This document shows positions 56,649 through 64,000 of a stretch of DNA of 64,000 nucleotides, piece after piece. The stretch comes from the human T2T-CHM13v2.0 reference genome, Homo sapiens. The DNA lies in NCBI RefSeq assembly GCF_009914755.1, contig NC_060933.1; one strand, given 5' to 3'. The position numbers and the translations under genes were made by a program. Positions within the stretch are counted from its first letter, which is position 1. Each line of letters opens with the position of its first letter. The notes under the pieces are model-generated. The model worked only from the letters and a program-made list of their open reading frames with translations, did not search any database and had not been told where the DNA came from.

Positions 56649-56886
56649 GAGGCAAATGTTCTTTAGTCATCTAGTTTAAAATGCATATGTGATCTTGCTT
56701 TTATTAGAATGAAATACTGTCCATAATAGATCACCTTATAATTTCAAGTAATGATTTACTTTTTTGTTTGTTTTTAATAAACTTCATTTTTTGGGAATAG
56801 TTTTACATTTACAGGAAAATTGAGAAAATAGTAGAAAGAGTTCCCAGATATGCCCTCACTCAGTGTTCACTACTATTAACATGTTC

Positions 56887-57609
<723 letters not shown>

Positions 57610-57957
57610 TTTTACCTGTTTCTGATTTTTATTTTTCCCGTTGCAGGATCTCATCCAGGCTGTATTTACTTGTCCTGTCTCTGTGGGCTCCTCTTGGCTG
57701 ATAGCTTCCCAGGCTTTCCTTGTTTTTGATGACTTCACTTGGTTTTGAGTTGTTCTGGTCAAGTATTTTGATGTTTTAAAAATATTATAACAACTAACAC
57801 TTCCTCAGCATTTTATATGTAGTGTCTCTTAACATTCACAGCACAGATACTTTCTGACTGGATAGTATTACCATGATTATGATTTACATAGGTGGGCAGA
57901 CCAAGGCTCTCTTTTATTTCTCATGACACGTTTAACAATAGAATGCAGGAGAGTTAG

Positions 57958-58333
<376 letters not shown>

Positions 58334-60428
58334 GATAAATTTCTTTATTTCCCGGCACCACTTCCCCCAGTGGCTTCCAGCTACCCGACCCCCCGCCCCC
58401 ACCACCCTACCCAGGAGGGCAGTTTAATTTTTTCTGAGATGGATTTGCCCCAGGAAAGCTGTTGGATGGTGCGCTTGCTTATCTCATTCCTTTAGAAGGC
58501 TGCTACTCCCCTCTCCAAGCAGGACGTTGGAAACACGGGTTGTAACAGTGTGTCACTTTATGGAGACCTGGGAAAACGGGCCAGGTGGCAGCTCCTCAGT
58601 GACTGCAGAAAGCAGCTGTCTGAGGATGAAACTTCATCTCGCCTCGACTCCCTCTTATCCAGCCTCTTAGGAGCAGTCACAATTAAGCCAAATGTCTGAC
58701 CATTTTTTAATCACCAAGCAGATAATAATTCAAAGGACCAGGCCAAAGCAACCTCTCTGAAAAGATCTTATGAAATAATTTCTCTTCGCAAATCCATAAA
58801 AATCGCCCAGGACTCCTTATCAATAGGGAGGCTTAAAGGGGGAGCAGAAGTCATTGGATTATGATGTGCTCATTTTAATGAAATTCCTCTCCTGCTGAGA
58901 TGTTCCCTGCAGATTTTCCATATTTCAGCCTGGGAAAGGTTTGATGCTTTCCTGCTGGTGCCAAGAGTTAATTGAAAACATTTCAGGATAAATTTGGCTT
59001 GGGGGCCAACGCTTCCAGCCCATCATTCTTCTTAGCAATAATAGAAGAGTAATACAATTATTAATAGGCATGTTGTATCCTCTTATGGTGCCCGTGGGTT
59101 TAGGAACCGTGTCTTTGACGTTCTTTCTAAAACGCCACACAAAACCCTGAAATGCGAGACTAGGAACTTAGAAGAAAAACAAGCTTTTGCTGCTAAATTA
59201 TATAGTTTGTCTCTTCCTGTTTGGAGTGGATGAATGGTAGTAGATGATTGCTGCTTTTCCTAAAAAGTTCTATTTTCAAATCTAGCATTGGGATTTGAGA
59301 AAGATGCACTTATGGATATTAAAAGAAAATGTATGTAAACATTGGCAAAACAATTTACACAACTAAAATCATGTTAAGTTTTAACGTAGTACTCACTGGG
59401 GGAATTATTTTGGCATCATCTATCAAAATTGAATTAGCCTTCAATTTTAAATACAGCCTGTTTTACCCTCTACATGCTATTTGACTGTCTCCTGAACTGT
59501 ATTGAATAACATAGCAAACTAATATTTAGTCATTGTTATGAACGAGAATTCCAATTCTGATTTTCTTTGCTTTTTAATGTGATTTGGAATGTTAACTCTT
59601 TTACTAGCACCTTTCCATGTAGTTTGAACACCTATGATTAAATCTTCTCTTGAAACTTAATCTCTCTGGAGTCCTTGTAGAAACGTTAGGATAACGGAGC
59701 AAATCAGAAACACATCTCTGTCCTGGGTGTTGCCTCTTAAAGGGAGGAGTTAACACCATCCAACCTTCAGATATGTTCTTCCTCTAGCCAGGAGCACAGG
59801 CAAAATGTGTATGAAGGAATGAGTAAGTCACACAGAGCAGTAGCACCGTTTACTTTTTTAGAGCAGTACTTTAAATCTCTAATCTGACATTTAAGTTAAT
59901 CATTGTGTCATCTTTTTGTTCTCTAAAAATATGTCAGAGTTTCATACATATATATGCACATTTTAGGTGTATGTTTTAATCTCACTGCACACCCATTTTC
60001 TACACAGGGAAAACTGAGATGTAACGGTGTTAAGGGAGTGAGTGGCAAGAGCATTTAGCGTTCTCATCTGCCCTTGGTTTCTCGTTTGCTTTCCCTTCTA
60101 GGCTGGAGGCTCAGCGAAGGCAGGGATGTGTTCAATCACTGCTTTTTTTCTCCAGTGCCTAAAAGGGTGCTGAACATTCACTGAATAAATGAAAAAAAAC
60201 AACAACTGCTGACTCTCCCTGACTCTTGCCTTTACTTGGGGAAACAAACCCAATTAGAAGTAATTTTCTACTTCATTAAACTATAATTGTGTGGTTTTTG
60301 TGGAGTTCTCTAATAAGATCATTTTAACTAAGATGCATAATGAGTACTTTGGGGATATTCTCTTAGATGTTAGCTAGAAAGATTACTGCTTCTGTAGTGG
60401 GATTTCAGGACTCTCCATAGAACTACAC

Positions 60429-60820
60429 TGCTGTGGTTTGAATGTGTCCCTAAAGTTTATGTGTTGGAAACTTAATCCCCAGTGCAAGCGTTGAGAGGTG
60501 GGACCTCAAGAGGTGATTAGGTCACGGGGGTTCTGCTCTCATGGACAAATTAATGCCATTATTGAGGGAGTAAGCTACTTATACAGGAGTGGGATTCTGA
60601 TAAAAGAATATTTGGTCTCCTTCTCTTTCTCTCTCTCTCTCTCTCTCATGCTTTTTTGCCCTTCTGCCTTCCACAATGAGATGATGAAACACAAAGGCCC
60701 TCACCTGATGTGGCCTCTTGATCTTGGACTTCCCAGAACTGTAAGAGATAAAATTCTTTGTTGAAATAAATTATCTAGTCTGTGGTATCCTTTTATAGCA
60801 GCAAAAAACAAACTAAGACA
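60429..60820 (+). mobile_element. MSTD-like MaLR solo LTR
   Basis: TG...CA ends with perfect 5-bp TSD tacac. Confidence 0.85.
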
Positions 60821-60889
60821 TACACCAAAAGATGCCTCCACTTCATCAAACAGACTTTGCATGAAATCTCATAATTCCTTCAGCTCTTG

Positions 60890-61070
60890 TCAGCGTCCCT
60901 CAAAGTGTGATCAATAGACTCTCCTAGGGTGCTTGACAAAAACAGATTCTCAAGGCTTGGCCCTCAGAGATTCTGATTCAGTAGGAAGAAGAGTGGAGCC
61001 TAGAAATCTGCATTTTGAACAAGCTCCCCAGATAACTTTTATGTATACTAAAGTGTGGGAAATATTGGAT
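60890..61070. mobile_element. MER5-family MITE
   Basis: ctcaaagtgtgatc...ccctcagagattctgattcagtagg...aatctgcattttgaacaagctcccca. Confidence 0.75.
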
Positions 61071-61122
61071 TAAAGTTTTGACCCCTGTTGTAATGAATGT
61101 GGCCTTAAAAGAAGCTGTTGCC

Positions 61123-61548
<426 letters not shown>

Positions 61549-61650
61549 CTAACAATAGAGTCCACCAACAGTAGGATTCTCAATAAAGGAAGTCAAAAAT
61601 GTAACCACAATGCTGTCACCACTCCAAATCCAACTTCTTTTGAAATCCCC

Positions 61651-62104
61651 TGTATTAGTTGGCTGGGGCGGCTGTTAACGAAGCACCACAAACTGAGTGC
61701 TTAAACAACAGAAATTGACTCAGTCCTGGAGGTTAGAACTCCACGTTCAAGGTGTAGACAGAGTTGGTTCCTTCTGAGGGCTGGGAGGAGGCATCTGTTT
61801 CATGCCTCTCCACCAGCTTCTGAAAGTTTGCTGGCCATCTTTGGCATTCCTCGGCTTGGCATCACCCTAATCTCTGCCTTCATCGTCACATGTGTTCTTC
61901 CTGTGTGCATGTGTTTGTGTGCAAAGTTCCCCCTTTTCAAAGCAAGGTCACCAGTCATATTGGTCCACTCCAGCATGATTTTATTTTAACATAAGTAAGT
62001 TACATCCGCAATGACCCTGTTTCTAAATAAGTTCATATTCAGAGGTACTAGAGGTTAGGACTTCAATCTGTGAATTTGGGGAGGAGCATAATTCAACCAT
62101 AACA
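61651..62104 (-). mobile_element. MLT1C-like MaLR LTR
   Basis: tgtattagtt...ttggttccttctgagggctg...tttgctggccatctttggcattcc...aattcaaccataaca. Confidence 0.85.
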
Positions 62105-62453
62105 TCTTGCATCCTCAACAATAGGCACTAGGGACGCTCGAGTTTGGTGCGGGTCATGTTAGGCCAAAGGCAACAAGTCCCCCACTGCAGCTTGGTTGCA
62201 TAGACATGTCCCAGCAATGGCAGCCACATCAAGTGTAGCATGGACTGTCCCCTACAGTCACAGCCTGAGCTGCTGGATGACAGGCATTGTGGGGAAGTGG
62301 AGACAATGGAAGGAAAAACAGAGGCTGAAGCAGAGGAACTAAAAGAGGAAGCTGGAGAAATTGCTGCTGCCAATGACATCCCAAAATTTCTATATCCAGG
62401 AGCTTAGGGGCACCATCAATATGGTTGACAGGGGAGACTGGGAAACTTTTCCT

Positions 62454-62782
62454 GTTTCTTTTTTTTATTTTAAAAATATGTTTAGTTTTCTTGGAGACAG
62501 GGTCTTGCTCTGTCACCCAGACTGGAGTGCAATGGTGTGATCAGAGCTCACTGTAGCCTTTAACTTCTAGGCTGAAGCAATCCTCCTGCCTCAGTCTCCT
62601 GAGTAACTCGGACTACAGACACTCAGCACCAAGCCCAGCTAACATTTTTATTCTTATTTTTTGTAGAGCCAGAGGTCTCACTGTGTTACCCAGGCTGTTC
62701 TAGAACTCCTGGCCTCAAGTAATTCTCCTGCTCTAGCCTTCCAAAGTGCTGAGATTACAGGTGTGAGCCACCACACCTGGCC
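62454..62782 (-). mobile_element. AluJ
   Basis: Diverged antisense dimer. Confidence 0.9.
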
Positions 62783-63574
62783 CTTTTCTTGTTTCTAAGT
62801 GTTGACTTAGCCAGGCTGCCATCATTCTCATGTAGCTCATATCAATATTTGGATGGTTGTGGGGGGATTGATACAACTGTGGGGGTGACTGAAGCATGCC
62901 TCTCCCCTCACCACACCTTGACTCTGCTATTTGTGGCTGACCAGTGGTGATGATGACGACAATGATAATTATGACATTGTCTCTATAGCATGCAGCATAG
63001 TTCCTGGCACACATGAGACACTTAGTGAATATTGGTTGAATGAATAGCTTGAAAGGGCTAAAGCCTCACTTAAGACCAAGCATGTTTGCTTCCTGGGAGA
63101 AACATTACAAACAAATTAAAGTCAGATGGCATGTCTGGAATGCATTTACTTGGCAAAAAAGAATCTATTCCAGAAGATTTGGCTTGGCTCTGGGATGTTT
63201 TGTATAACCTTAAGTTAGAAATGAATATTTAAAATGAGACTCAGTAAATAAGGCTAAATATAGGACTAACACATACAGACTCTTGAAACTTTATCACTAA
63301 TGAAAGCTGCCTTTGTCACCCATTCCCAGTGGAAAATGTTTGTATCAGAAGCTGAAGAAGAGATGTTCTCAGGACCCAATACCTTTGAGATGACTCTAAT
63401 CCTACACTAGGGTCACATAATTTGTGGGTCCACTAATCATAATAGCACCTCACATTTGATTGGGCCTTTCTGGTGCACAGAATGAACTTCATTGTATGCA
63501 CTCATGAGGTGCACATTTTACCCTCTGCTGAAGGAAGGGCGAAGATCATCATCTCAATTTCGCAACCTTAGTAA

Positions 63575-64000
<426 letters not shown>

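Noticed and set aside
62202-62211. p53 half-site AGACATGTCC
   Set aside because: It is an isolated half-site with no adequate partner, as expected by chance.

Overview
This is primate (very likely human) genomic DNA: Alu J/S/Y, L1PA, MER11A and MER41A elements are all present. Roughly half of it is transposon-derived. I cannot support any protein-coding exon, RNA gene or CRISPR array; the supplied ORFs are Alu/L1/LTR-derived, low-complexity or random. The only gene-like landmark is a GC/CpG-enriched, transposon-free block at about 39.9-41.1 kb with promoter motifs and a strong splice donor (ACA|GTAAGT at 40674/40675), [14 protein letters not shown] a non-coding first exon of a + strand transcript. 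I could not identify the gene. The most unusual signal is three pieces of nearby sequence copied into old LTRs: a ~285-bp direct copy in a MER74-type LTR, and a 190-bp inverted copy plus a perfect 36-bp copy in one MLT1E-type LTR. A perfect 18-bp palindrome in a MER2 end may also come from template switching. Together these suggest repeated template-switch repair of different ages, not a new gene system. Repeat subfamily names are recalled from consensus sequences and should be confirmed with RepeatMasker/Dfam. Boundaries without a stated target-site duplication (TSD) are approximate.
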